Virus record (IMG/VR): IMGVR_UViG_3300020187_000015
Span: 1-64,000 of that record
Direction: 5' to 3' (one strand)
Length of the DNA stretch: 64,000 nt
Source: a virus
Shown here one piece after another: positions 17,240-27,694 of the stretch (the stretch's first letter is position 1; the number at the start of each line of letters is the position of its first letter). Below the pieces are notes generated by a model. It searched no databases, was not told the DNA's origin, and saw only the letters and a program-made list of their open reading frames with translations. Both the position numbers and the translations under genes were made by a program.

Positions 17240-17785
17240 CTAAATTGATGTTTCGATAATTTTTTCTACTGAGTAATCATACCAATGAGGTTTGTTGGCT
17301 TTCCAGTTTGCTAGATGTGCCTTGTCAATCTTGTAGTATAGTCGATACTGTGTGACAGGATGAAGATCGCCAAAATTCTCCACATTACGACATTCTGAGT
17401 CTTCTGATATGGCGATGGCAAAATCTTCTTGCTTTCCATCTGGGATATAATCAATCAAAGAAAACAGTTTGGTAATAGCGGCTTCGCAGAAGTGAGTCTT
17501 TTCATAACGTCTTGTATATTCTCTAGCTAATGATATACCGTGATGACATAACCACTCGAAATTTCCTTTGGTATTACCCGCCCAAATAGAACTAGGGTGA
17601 TGATGATAGCCGCCCTTAACTGGTGTGCCTTTCTTAGTCAGTGGCAATAAATGGGTCGGAGTCTCATGTCGGATGACGGCACAGGATAGGCATTGCATGA
17701 TTTCTGTAACCATTTTGACACAATGTTTATCGTTGTGCCATTTTGCGGCGACTTCGTGATCTGTTGATAAAGCAAATATATTCAT
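17240..17785 (-). CDS. pyrimidine-dimer DNA glycosylase / DenV-like protein
   Basis: MNIFxL, DKHxVKM, HHPxxxW, EYTRRYxKxH motifs. Confidence 0.75.
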   Translation of the reverse strand: MNIFALSTDHEVAAKWHNDKHCVKMVTEIMQCLSCAVIRHETPTHLLPLTKKGTPVKGGYHHHPSSIWAGNTKGNFEWLCHHGISLAREYTRRYEKTHFCEAAITKLFSLIDYIPDGKQEDFAIAISEDSECRNVENFGDLHPVTQYRLYYKIDKAHLANWKANKPHWYDYSVEKIIETSI

Positions 17786-17786
17786 T

Positions 17787-18026
17787 CTAATAGGTGTTGT
17801 AGAGTAGTAACTTGTTCAGTATGATTGATTCGGCGTATTTCATGAGATGGTCTTCTTCAAGGTCTACCATTTTAGTAAACTTCCAATCTGGATGAATGCC
17901 TTGAGCCAACACTTCTTTCATTGACTCTTCGCTGTATATAACGTCATACGATTCGACTGACTTGCCATCGCACGTAAGAACGTAGTCTTTTTCACTTATT
18001 GTTACTGGCAAATATACTGTCTTCAT
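17787..18026 (-). CDS. hypothetical
   Basis: Operon ORF. Confidence 0.6.
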   Translation of the reverse strand: MKTVYLPVTISEKDYVLTCDGKSVESYDVIYSEESMKEVLAQGIHPDWKFTKMVDLEEDHLMKYAESIILNKLLLYNTY

Positions 18027-18149
18027 AATTTAGTTTCCTTGATATTATCGTTATGCAGTGTAGGATGCTGCGCCCCATATCTTTTAATAGCTCAACTCTG
18101 ATTTAATTCCTTGAGCAAGTCAAGCGTTTCTTTCTTATGTTTGACATTC

Positions 18150-18968
18150 TTAATCATCATCATATTCAGTAGCATCGCCATCTGTATAAACCCCATAATA
18201 AGGTTTGGTAATCTCAGAATCATCTTCAATCTCAATCTCTTGGATAATTTCATACATAGATACCCGAAGCTTTTGGCAAGAACAATCCTCTGGAACACTT
18301 ACTGCATCAGCAGGATTAAAGCGAACCATCAGAAGTTTGCCACCTGCTGCCCAAGACTTAGCGTATTCAAACGAACCAACGTGAAGACCGTGAGAACATC
18401 CGTTGCTACGGTTATCATCAACACATCGGCGCATGACTTCAATGGTATCACCAACACGGTTCATGATTTGACCTCGATCATTTACCTCACCCTGTAGCAC
18501 AGTTGTTTGGGTGTTGCCAGACTTTGACCAGCCATCATCAGCCACACCCTTGTAGGCGATAACATAGCCTTCATCATCAATTGGAAGAGATTTGTAGGAT
18601 AGGAAGTCATACAGCTCATCAACAGATGACTTGCTTGGGTTGTCTAGCAAATTTTTAATAAACTTAATAAAAGGTGCAGACGTTGACATTCCAGACTCAA
18701 GCAGTTCAAGAAGCTTATCAACAACAGCACCATGTAGACGCTCAGAATGATAGTAAACTGCACCATCTATAACAGATAGCACACCATCAGAAAACTCTTT
18801 GATAGAGGTCTTGATGTCTAGATAATTGATTGCGGTTTCAAAGTCTCCATTTAACAACGCCTTCTTGAATGGCGCGAAGTTAGGTTGACTTGCTGACAGT
18901 GTGTAAGGCTTACCCTCGTAAATGAGAGATGCACTTGTTTCGCTAATAATGTATGGGATGTTTTTCAT
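18150..18968 (-). CDS. rIIB: rIIB-like protein
   Basis: NPS...LYDFL, AYKGV, CSHGLHVG, NPADAVSVPED..KLRV motifs; next to rIIA. Confidence 0.85.
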   Translation of the reverse strand: MKNIPYIISETSASLIYEGKPYTLSASQPNFAPFKKALLNGDFETAINYLDIKTSIKEFSDGVLSVIDGAVYYHSERLHGAVVDKLLELLESGMSTSAPFIKFIKNLLDNPSKSSVDELYDFLSYKSLPIDDEGYVIAYKGVADDGWSKSGNTQTTVLQGEVNDRGQIMNRVGDTIEVMRRCVDDNRSNGCSHGLHVGSFEYAKSWAAGGKLLMVRFNPADAVSVPEDCSCQKLRVSMYEIIQEIEIEDDSEITKPYYGVYTDGDATEYDDD

Positions 18969-19105
18969 ATTTGTTTATATTTTAGTTATACTTGATTCTT
19001 CATTATATGGTAATCTAACAATGCTGATTGTCAAATGTATTTTTTATTTTTTTAAAAAATTGCATCCCCATGAGTTACCAAGCCCATGAGGATGTCTTTA
19101 TGATA

Positions 19106-21196
19106 CTACCAACTCTTTATGTAATCAAAGATGTCTGACAACTCTTCATTACTATACCTATCTACGCATTGGATAATGCGCTTCACTAGAGGGTATTTTT
19201 TATCAAAGTCTTCTATAGCTTTCTTTTCTTTTGATATAGTTGGATTAACCAATCCAAGATTGACTAGATTTTGAACTGACCAATTATTTTTAGCTGTATC
19301 CTGCGTTTTACTTAAAGCATTTTTCAATGTTTTTATTAATTCGTTTGAAGGAATTTCTTTAGATATTCTTGGAATAAGATTGAAAAGCTTATAGGCATGG
19401 TTGCCAAAGCTGTCTCGCAATTTTTCATTTACTGCATCATGGTTTACCTTGTCTATGATTTTTTCAGAATTCTTAATCCAGTCAATATAAACGCTTTCAA
19501 GTGGAATCCAGTTGTCCATACTAGCTATCTTCTTTAAAGAAGAGTGACGAATGCCATAAACCTTTTTTAGGCTTGGATTTATCCGCATCAAGGCTTTCAC
19601 TAAATCCCTGTTGCAAGAAGGAGAGTCACCATTCGGAAACGATTCTCCATTGATTTTCTGAAATTTATTACTATAGTATTTAACATAATAGTATGTTTCA
19701 CTGTTTGGCAAGTCCTCTTTCTGAGCTTTCCAAAATTGCGATTGCGTGTAGCAGACATTGTCTGTTGAAAACGATAAAATGTCTGCCCCTGCAAGCAAGG
19801 AGTTTGAAGACTTTTGAGATGCTGTGCTTTTAGAAATAGTTCGTTCGCACTCGGATAGAAGCTTGACATTTGCAGACTTCATTAGCTTGGAGCGGTCAAT
19901 AAGTTTCTTGACTACTGATTCATCTGTGCTTGTAAAAACTATCGCCTTTTGAGTACTAGTTAAAAAGGAGAGGCGATTCAAGATAGAGCGAGGCTTTACG
20001 CCATCATCTATTATGAAGAACCTATTTTCAGATGGAGACAAATCATCATCAAACCAAGCTTTCTTTGAAGTCGATAAATTGCCTATACTGTTCTGTAGAA
20101 CTCTCACTGTTTCAAACTCACCCATCATTTTACGTGGAAATAGTGTTGTTTCAACAGTTTGATTTCCAAATTTATTTGAATCAAACTCTACCTTGGTTGC
20201 TTCCTTGGAGAAGTATTTGCCATACTTTTTTTGAATCGAGCCTTTAATGTTAGTAGCCTCATACAAGCAATCGCACGAATCAAATTGGTCTTTTATTCGC
20301 TTTTGTAGTGCCGCCGCAATCCTATCGGATGCTTTTTCGAGTTTTTCAACGGTGCTGTTGTTGTATTCTAAAGCCTCACGACTGTGATGGAGCTTAAACT
20401 CACCAATATCTGCTTTATATACCAAACCCTTTACAAAGTTTTTATAGTCGTGCCTGTTTACAGGATACATGATGCCTCCCATAAGGATGTGAGGGTTGTT
20501 GCATTCTGAGTGTTGAGAAGTTCTATAATAATAATCGCTTGAGTCTTCAAAAAAATCAAATACATCGCATGAAATTTCTGGCTCGATATAATCAAAGGAA
20601 TTATTCTTGACATTAAGATTATCCCGTAGGTATCGAGAGAAGTTTTTAAATTTTAAATTAAAATTATCGATGTGTTGGTTTTCGATAGGTACTTGTACAT
20701 AGATACCATTAGCCTCTCCAGAATTTGACTCAGAGCAAAGGCGACTGACAACTGTATCGTCGTTTTCGTCAACACGAATTGAGTAAGATGTTTTGGAGTC
20801 TCCATTGATAGAGATAACAACAAAAGATTCTGTGTACGATAAAGGTGCAAAGCGTCCGATACCGAAGCCGCCGATTGCATTGTTGCTACCGCGCTTAGTT
20901 GACTTACCGTACTTAGTGTATAGACCCATCATATCATCTTCACTCAAACCTGTGCCATAATCACGCACAATGAAGTTTGGCTCAATTCTTGTGGGAAGCT
21001 GAACATCGACTTTCTTACCATTACTAACATCGATTGCGTTTGCGATAATCTCACGCATTGTAGCAAGCATAGTGTCAGAATAGTTATTGCGAAGTAGACT
21101 AGCGATATAGCGCATATCCTCTGCATCAATAGAGCAAGATGCGGATTGAAGATTTGCGGAGGACTTTATGTTTTTTGGTTGGTTTTGTAGTATCAT
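19106..21196 (-). CDS. rIIA: rIIA-like protein (GHKL ATPase N-terminus)
   Basis: REIIANAID, RDYGTGLS, STKR, GGFGIG motifs. Confidence 0.85.
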   Translation of the reverse strand: MILQNQPKNIKSSANLQSASCSIDAEDMRYIASLLRNNYSDTMLATMREIIANAIDVSNGKKVDVQLPTRIEPNFIVRDYGTGLSEDDMMGLYTKYGKSTKRGSNNAIGGFGIGRFAPLSYTESFVVISINGDSKTSYSIRVDENDDTVVSRLCSESNSGEANGIYVQVPIENQHIDNFNLKFKNFSRYLRDNLNVKNNSFDYIEPEISCDVFDFFEDSSDYYYRTSQHSECNNPHILMGGIMYPVNRHDYKNFVKGLVYKADIGEFKLHHSREALEYNNSTVEKLEKASDRIAAALQKRIKDQFDSCDCLYEATNIKGSIQKKYGKYFSKEATKVEFDSNKFGNQTVETTLFPRKMMGEFETVRVLQNSIGNLSTSKKAWFDDDLSPSENRFFIIDDGVKPRSILNRLSFLTSTQKAIVFTSTDESVVKKLIDRSKLMKSANVKLLSECERTISKSTASQKSSNSLLAGADILSFSTDNVCYTQSQFWKAQKEDLPNSETYYYVKYYSNKFQKINGESFPNGDSPSCNRDLVKALMRINPSLKKVYGIRHSSLKKIASMDNWIPLESVYIDWIKNSEKIIDKVNHDAVNEKLRDSFGNHAYKLFNLIPRISKEIPSNELIKTLKNALSKTQDTAKNNWSVQNLVNLGLVNPTISKEKKAIEDFDKKYPLVKRIIQCVDRYSNEELSDIFDYIKSW

Positions 21197-21258
21197 GTTC
21201 GTAACAATGTTGATTGAATCCGTAATGTCAATTGTTTTTTTAAAAAATTTAAAAAAAA

Positions 21259-22188
21259 TTATTTTACCATCTTAAGCAAGTCTACGCCTTTTTTAGTTAT
21301 CTTCCTTAAGCCATCTATCTTGAGCAGACCCTGCCTAAGCAAATAAATTTCGGCATCTCTCTGTAAGGCTGATCTTGACATTCCTGTTACAGAAGAAAGC
21401 ATTTGAAGTGTGCAATCTCCCCTCTCATCAAGAATTCTTAGGATTTCTACCTCTATATTTGACAGACCCATTGGCTTAATTCCTAGAATATGCTTCATCT
21501 CGTCCCAAGCCTTTTTGTTAAAGGTGGGGCAGTCTCTTGATTCGACGAATAGAAGAATCTCTTTAGCTCTTTTGACTGCTGACCTAGCATTGCCCCTTGC
21601 TGTTGATGCTACGTCTTGCAGTATATCATCTTCTATATTCACCTTTGACTGACTACGAACTATTTGACCTAACTCACAAACTTTATACGGCGCAAAGTCA
21701 ATCATCGAAAGCCTGTCTTTTAGAGGTGGAAATATCTTGTCAAGCTCAGTCGTAGCGAAGATATAATTCTGTTTCTCAAAGTCGAAAGAATAATTCTCCT
21801 CCTTATACATAAACTCTCTCCATGATTCCATTTCTGTATTGAAGATCGTTAGAAACGCATTTGTCAAATCCTTTGGAAGGCAATGAGCTTCGTCGAAGAA
21901 GACTGTAACCTCATTATGCATTACAATGGGTAAAAAGATTTGAGTAAAGAAAGAATTTGCATTTGGTATTGTAGAGCAGTTTATTTCTAAGAATGGTCTT
22001 TTGCTACCATCTTTATTTTTCAACGAGTTTGAATACGATCTAGCGAACTGTGTTTTGCCAAGCCCCTTAGCACCACTAAGCATGATGAAGGGAGACTTAC
22101 CTGTCGCATTTTGCGCATCAGCATAAAAGCTGAGTTTACGTTTTACTTCTTCCTGTCCAACTAAATTAGAGAAATTGCTGCTTGTCAT
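21259..22188 (-). CDS. ruvB: RuvB-like Holliday junction AAA+ ATPase
   Basis: LVGQE, GxxGLGKT, DEAH, ATTE, LKDR, RGNAR, C-terminal wHTH. Confidence 0.8.
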   Translation of the reverse strand: MTSSNFSNLVGQEEVKRKLSFYADAQNATGKSPFIMLSGAKGLGKTQFARSYSNSLKNKDGSKRPFLEINCSTIPNANSFFTQIFLPIVMHNEVTVFFDEAHCLPKDLTNAFLTIFNTEMESWREFMYKEENYSFDFEKQNYIFATTELDKIFPPLKDRLSMIDFAPYKVCELGQIVRSQSKVNIEDDILQDVASTARGNARSAVKRAKEILLFVESRDCPTFNKKAWDEMKHILGIKPMGLSNIEVEILRILDERGDCTLQMLSSVTGMSRSALQRDAEIYLLRQGLLKIDGLRKITKKGVDLLKMVK

Positions 22189-22231
22189 AGTATAATGAAT
22201 AGAATAAAAAAGATGAGAATGTAAAGCATAT

Positions 22232-22483
22232 TTACTTGTGCAATTTGAATTGTATGGAGGCTTGAGGCAAGACCTCTTCCTTAACTTCTACTATTTCAGT
22301 AGTCTTATCACCTACAATTGTTACTCCAATCTGTTCTAGCCATACTCTGGATACTGGAACAATAGTTGCGCTACCACATATATTAGATAGCTCCGAAAAA
22401 GTCATTTTAGTAAAAGACTTTGATCCTTTTTTTCGTCCACTGCCAGCTTTGCGAGGCAATTTATTTATTTTTTTGTCATTCAT
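22232..22483 (-). CDS. small basic protein with AT-hook-like GSGRKKG
   Basis: Own TTGACA promoter. Confidence 0.65.
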   Translation of the reverse strand: MNDKKINKLPRKAGSGRKKGSKSFTKMTFSELSNICGSATIVPVSRVWLEQIGVTIVGDKTTEIVEVKEEVLPQASIQFKLHK

Positions 22484-22680
22484 ATCCCACCATATAAATA
22501 CATGGATATAAAGATTGTCAATATTTTTTTAATTAATTTTTAAAAGACTATTTGTTTTTTTTATAATTATATTATTGACATTTGATAGAAAATTGTCTGC
22601 GAGAAAATACAAATAAAATTATTTATCTGTATAAAATATAATTTATAACACATCGCTCTTGCGCTACTCGCGTGTGCCTA

Positions 22681-22736
22681 TTATTTGCAAAAAAAACACG
22701 GAGTTCGCATGTTATTTGCAAAAAAACACGGAGTTC
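22681..22736. repeat. two copies of TTATTTGCAAAAAAA(A)CACGGAGTTC at edge of early region
   Basis: Directly visible. Confidence 0.85.
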
Positions 22737-22751
22737 CTGTAAGTTTTTTAA

Positions 22752-23156
22752 CTAAAAAGAAACTTTATTTTTTTTAAACTGAATTTTAAGTTGCTCTGAT
22801 TTTTCTTCTGACAAATATTTTCTTATAAAATATAAATATCTATTGCAGAAAGCTTTGCCATGTGGATTTTTGCGTACTCTTTTCACCGAATGTGCTAATT
22901 CATGAAGTACGCTAGACATTGTCCAATGCTCATTTTTAAGCATATATATCTCTTTATATCCAGCAAAGGAGTAATCGAATAAACCCGTTCCGCATAAAAA
23001 TATCTGAAAATCGTAACCATACTTGGCTATAAACTCATCATCCCCAATAACTTTTAGGAAAAATATCTTTAACTGTATTTCAGATAGAAGCTTTTCATCA
23101 GAAAAAACAAAATTCTCTGACTTATAAACTCTTTTGGCCTGTAATTTTTCACTCAA
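22752..23156 (-). CDS. SprT-like HEXXH metallopeptidase
   Basis: VLHELAH...HGKAF. Confidence 0.65.
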   Translation of the reverse strand: MSEKLQAKRVYKSENFVFSDEKLLSEIQLKIFFLKVIGDDEFIAKYGYDFQIFLCGTGLFDYSFAGYKEIYMLKNEHWTMSSVLHELAHSVKRVRKNPHGKAFCNRYLYFIRKYLSEEKSEQLKIQFKKNKVSF

Positions 23157-23208
23157 CTTATTAAGGTTTTGCTTTTATACAGGTTCATATAATGTATCTA
23201 CACCATTT

Positions 23209-23424
23209 TCAATCTGATATATCTATAACCTTTCTGATTTCAGAGAAATCTTCTATTTGGCTCTTAGTTCTAATATCAAACTCAAAATAACAACCAGTCA
23301 TTTTGGATTTCTTGTATAGATGGCTTATTACTGGATAAACCGAAGAGCTATTCTGTAACTTGAATTTATTCCAAGCATCAAAGAGATCATTCTTATCCTC
23401 ATAAATTTTACTTTTATATTTCAT
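23209..23424 (-). CDS. hypothetical
   Basis: Operon ORF. Confidence 0.55.
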   Translation of the reverse strand: MKYKSKIYEDKNDLFDAWNKFKLQNSSSVYPVISHLYKKSKMTGCYFEFDIRTKSQIEDFSEIRKVIDISD

Positions 23425-23617
23425 ATTTACTAAAAATTTGCAGACATTTTACCATTCTTTTAAAACAGTTCTTGTCGCTTATGCTAGAAAACATAAAGGT
23501 AATTTCTGGCAAATTATTTACTACCTTACAACTACAACATTCACTAGCTATCATATATAGTTTAGCTGCTGAGGAATAGTCATTGACGTTTTTAACTTTT
23601 GCTGAGTATGTCTTCAT
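23414..23617 (-). CDS. hypothetical
   Basis: Preceded by GTGTAAATA motif. Confidence 0.55.
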   Translation of the reverse strand: MKTYSAKVKNVNDYSSAAKLYMIASECCSCKVVNNLPEITFMFSSISDKNCFKRMVKCLQIFSKYEI

Positions 23618-23631
23618 ATTATATATTTACA

Positions 23632-26256
23632 CTAAAGTTCTAAATTTAAAATCTTCAACCTATCTACAAATGCACATCTATCTTTTTTAGTGCCTCTAAA
23701 AACAACTATATCCTTCTTTACTGGATACCTGCCGTGAGTGGCCTTGATATCGTCAACATTATTAACGCTGACCCTTTGTCGAGAGCTGGAATCAAAATAC
23801 TCAAAATTAAACGCTTTTAGATTAAATCTACCATGCTCATCCGCTATATCAATGTTGATCATTGACCCACCCTTTTTAGTCTTAGAAATTCTAACCTCTT
23901 GGACTATGCCACAAGAAACTATCTTAGAGTCTGTGGGTAGGTCTTCAACTTCGGAGATATTGATTGCATCTGGATACAAGTCCTCAATTACCTTTGTTAG
24001 GTTCATCGAATAAGCAAATCCAAGGATATCTACTTCGTAAAAATAGTTATAAAAGTTAGGATTATTAGAATATTTAATATATTCCTCCTTTATATTTAAA
24101 TACTTACCATAGAATGTATCCCAAGTTGATACCGTTTCACCATTTTTATTCTGCCTTTTATTTGTAGAGAATATTTCCTTACCATCATATAGCAGATCTC
24201 CATTTTTAACATCGAGAAGAAGCTTTAGTAAGTCAAAATTATATTTACTACCATACTTATAAATTTTCAGCTTTTGAGATTCTGTTAGGAGATTCCAAGT
24301 TTTTGCTTCTAAAAAAAGTTTTCCACGATTATCAGAGAAGGAAGATAGGCAACCCGCCTTTATAATATTGCAGAGGATCGTAATATTAATTCCGCTTTCT
24401 TTGGCAAACTCAAACATCTTAAACTTATTCATGTCAGAAGGGTTGAAGTCTTTAAGCTTTTCAATGCTTTTATTAGATACGGATTTAATTGATTTCAATC
24501 CATATCTAATGACGTTCCCTTTTACTGTAAAGTCTTCGCTGGACTCAATCAAGTCGGGTGGCTTAATCTCTACTCCAAAGTGAGGAGCTTCTTTAGAGAT
24601 TTGCAATATTCGAGCCTCACTATTTTGAAAGGTTCTAGCAAGCATCAGACAATTTTTGAAAAACTCAGCAGGATATGTTATCTTTAGATAGGAACATAGC
24701 GTAGAAATGTAGCTGTAAGCCACAGAATGGGACTTATTGAAGGAATACTTAGCAGATGCCTGAACTGTATTCCAAAAGATCTCTGTGGCCTCTCTGGGTA
24801 TCTTATGGCGTTCTCCAGCCTCATAGATCTTATTCTCCCACTCTCTTACTGCCTTTACCTTCTTTTTGCCTATAATTTTTCTAAGTACGTCTGCTTCTAG
24901 CAATGAAAATCCATATACTTTATTTGCAATGGCCATGATCTGCTCTTGATATAGGATAGCACCAGAAGTCTCTTTAAGTATTTCATCTATTGATGGATAA
25001 ATTGACTCTTGATTTCCAGTTTCTCTAGCCTCAACGAACTTATCTAAGAAAGCCAAAGCTCCAGGACGAGCTATAGCAGATATTGCCGAAACGTCACTAA
25101 GGCACTTTGGCTTAACTCTTCTGGTAACTCTGCTTGCAGTATCTCCGTCTAATTGGAATATACCATAGGTATAATCAAATGAGCATAAAAACTTATAAAT
25201 TTCAGGATCTTCTGGGTCGAATTTGCTTATATCGTAACCTACTTCCTTTGCAGTATTGTAAATGATATCTACTGTTTTTAGTCCCAAGCAATCTAACTTA
25301 ATTTCTTTTTCTGCCACATCATCCTTGCAATAGGAAGTGATTATTTTTTCTTTGCCCTCGTTATCTTTTCTAGTTTCAAGAGGAAGCGAATCGAATACTT
25401 CGTCGTAGGAAACGACAATACCTGCGGCGTGAACACCGAAATTTCTTGGTAGATTAATTAACTTTCTGCATATATTGAAAATATCTTGGTTGGCTTCTGC
25501 CCACTCTCTAAAGTCGTTATTGTTTTCAATGGTTTTTTCTAGACTATCTAGTGTGCCAGCATCGCTACCGATCATGGAAGATATTCTATTCGCCTTAGAC
25601 TCGTCGTACATAGCATACTTTTTGCATACTTCTTTTAGCACGAGCTTAGTAGATAGAGTATTCATCGTAGAGATGTGGCAAGTTCTATTTGGATATTTTG
25701 ATTCCAAATACTCCTTAACGACTCGATCTCTATGTAGGTAAGATACATCAATGTCGATATCTGGAACTGTGCTTCCATCGGAATACTGTTCTCCATTAAT
25801 CATCTTGCTCTTTGCTCTAGATTCATTGATAAATCTCTCAAAAATCAAACCATGTTCAATCGGGTCTACGGCAACCAAGCCAGACAAATAGGCTATTAGG
25901 GAGCCTCCTACAGAACCTCTACCCCAACCTCTGGCAATCTTTCTTTCATCGCACCACTCGATGAGATCCCAAACCATTAGCATATATCTAGTAAATCCAA
26001 GCCTCTCCAGTGTGGATAGTTCAAATTTTACACGATCAATGTATTCTTGTTTATTAGGTAGTAAATCTATTCCCCTGTTTTTGTATCCAATTAAACATAT
26101 TTGCCTCAAAATATCGCTATCTGGCATACTTGTATCTAAACCATGCTTTCTCTTATAAGCGTCATCGATATCTACAGAAGGAATCCTTACCCCATCAATA
26201 GAATAGGATTCTGAATAGCTTTTAAATTGGCTTTTAAATTTTATATCTTCGATCAT
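23632..26256 (-). CDS. dnaE: DNA polymerase III alpha core (family C), PHP domain on separate gene
   Basis: GRGSVGGS, PDIDID, HAAGIV, KLDCLGL, YQEQIM, YSFNKSH motifs. Confidence 0.93.
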   Translation of the reverse strand: MIEDIKFKSQFKSYSESYSIDGVRIPSVDIDDAYKRKHGLDTSMPDSDILRQICLIGYKNRGIDLLPNKQEYIDRVKFELSTLERLGFTRYMLMVWDLIEWCDERKIARGWGRGSVGGSLIAYLSGLVAVDPIEHGLIFERFINESRAKSKMINGEQYSDGSTVPDIDIDVSYLHRDRVVKEYLESKYPNRTCHISTMNTLSTKLVLKEVCKKYAMYDESKANRISSMIGSDAGTLDSLEKTIENNNDFREWAEANQDIFNICRKLINLPRNFGVHAAGIVVSYDEVFDSLPLETRKDNEGKEKIITSYCKDDVAEKEIKLDCLGLKTVDIIYNTAKEVGYDISKFDPEDPEIYKFLCSFDYTYGIFQLDGDTASRVTRRVKPKCLSDVSAISAIARPGALAFLDKFVEARETGNQESIYPSIDEILKETSGAILYQEQIMAIANKVYGFSLLEADVLRKIIGKKKVKAVREWENKIYEAGERHKIPREATEIFWNTVQASAKYSFNKSHSVAYSYISTLCSYLKITYPAEFFKNCLMLARTFQNSEARILQISKEAPHFGVEIKPPDLIESSEDFTVKGNVIRYGLKSIKSVSNKSIEKLKDFNPSDMNKFKMFEFAKESGINITILCNIIKAGCLSSFSDNRGKLFLEAKTWNLLTESQKLKIYKYGSKYNFDLLKLLLDVKNGDLLYDGKEIFSTNKRQNKNGETVSTWDTFYGKYLNIKEEYIKYSNNPNFYNYFYEVDILGFAYSMNLTKVIEDLYPDAINISEVEDLPTDSKIVSCGIVQEVRISKTKKGGSMINIDIADEHGRFNLKAFNFEYFDSSSRQRVSVNNVDDIKATHGRYPVKKDIVVFRGTKKDRCAFVDRLKILNLEL

Positions 26257-26969
26257 ACGATGTTAAAGCTTTTGCTTGCAAAGCCCTCTAGGTTGGGCTT
26301 TTCCATATTGGTCTTATTTTTGATACACTTATATGTCTGAAATGAAATTACGTCAATCTTTCTTTTGTATAGAACTTTATGAGTATCTAAAGTTTCACAG
26401 CCATTTTGATCTGCAAACTGCTTAACCTTCTTTTTTATAATTACATCGTATGGGAGATCGTGATTCTCTAAACATAAGATCGGATTCTGATTAAGAGAGA
26501 TATTGCATTTATACCCTAAGAGCAAGTTATTGTACAAAAAACTATCGTAGAAAGGTATTACCATTACTAAGTCTTGGTCCCAATTATTATCAATTGTTTT
26601 AAAGTCTAATCTTGGTTGACCATTATAATCTCCTTCCGTGGCTGCGATAGAATATAGCTTCATCAGAAAGTTACTGTAAGAAGAACCGCTTTTCGCAAAA
26701 ATAATAACCTTATGCTCTGTTTCAACTGATGCAGGGGTCTTGTCTTCAATATTTTGACAGACTATAAACTCTATTCCATAGACAAGCTTTTTGCCAAGAT
26801 TATTAAATGCCAAAGGGAACGAAGAGGGATTCTTTTCTACTAAAAATACCTTATCTATACTCATTTCCTCTGCTATTTCTACGATAGAGTTACTCCCTCC
26901 ACCAACAGCTTTTTCAGATAAAGAAAGTATTGAGTTAAATGAATTTGCGCTATAAAATAAATATATCAT
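26253..26969 (-). CDS. stand-alone degenerate PHP domain of DnaE
   Basis: YGIEF, HKVIIFAK, PRLD motifs; overlaps dnaE start. Confidence 0.7.
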   Translation of the reverse strand: MIYLFYSANSFNSILSLSEKAVGGGSNSIVEIAEEMSIDKVFLVEKNPSSFPLAFNNLGKKLVYGIEFIVCQNIEDKTPASVETEHKVIIFAKSGSSYSNFLMKLYSIAATEGDYNGQPRLDFKTIDNNWDQDLVMVIPFYDSFLYNNLLLGYKCNISLNQNPILCLENHDLPYDVIIKKKVKQFADQNGCETLDTHKVLYKRKIDVISFQTYKCIKNKTNMEKPNLEGFASKSFNIV

Positions 26970-27694
26970 TTGATATGGTTAGAGGTTATTTCCAATTTCC
27001 AGAACAGAGACTTTAGTATCTCCCATGTAACTTGTACATCATAAAGACCGTTGTGCCAAGCATCGCCAGTAACTGATACATCAAGCTCTTTGGCCATAGA
27101 TGATAGAGTTGTAGACCCATTCATCTGTTTCTTTCTAAGAGACCTTAATTTTGGACTAGAATAATATGAAGCTAATTGCTTTTGCCAGAAAAAGAACTCT
27201 TCCCTAGTTTCTGGTGGCTGCTTCTCCAGCCTGAATGCTCTACATAAGCTCAAAACGTCTAAACTTCGATATAAAAATGAGTAATTGGGTGGCTTACCAA
27301 GCTTTTCTCGAAAAAGTTGATGAATATACATGTCAAAATTAAGACCATTGTAATGAACGACTGTAAACTCTGGATCAAATAGATACTTTTCAAAAGAAGA
27401 TAAAACTTTCTCTGGATCTTTGGCGGTCTTTTTGTATTCTTCTATGTCGAACTTAGTGATACGTTTTGCGTCTTCGGATACATTTAGATCTTTCCATAGT
27501 ATTCGGTCATTGACCTTTTCTATGACCTCTCCATTCTGCACGACTATATAGCCAAGTTCCCAAGGCTTATTTAAACAGCAAAGATTTAAATTTTCAGTTT
27601 CATAATCGAAGACTAAAAATTTATGTTCCTTGAATTTATATCTAAGTAAGTTTTGTCCAGTATCCTTTTTATACATTATAGTAGGCGATGACAT
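26966..27694 (-). CDS. DEDDh 3'-5' exonuclease (DnaQ-like)
   Basis: FDYETE, YNGLNFD, HNGLYDV. Confidence 0.85.
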   Translation of the reverse strand: MSSPTIMYKKDTGQNLLRYKFKEHKFLVFDYETENLNLCCLNKPWELGYIVVQNGEVIEKVNDRILWKDLNVSEDAKRITKFDIEEYKKTAKDPEKVLSSFEKYLFDPEFTVVHYNGLNFDMYIHQLFREKLGKPPNYSFLYRSLDVLSLCRAFRLEKQPPETREEFFFWQKQLASYYSSPKLRSLRKKQMNGSTTLSSMAKELDVSVTGDAWHNGLYDVQVTWEILKSLFWKLEITSNHIK

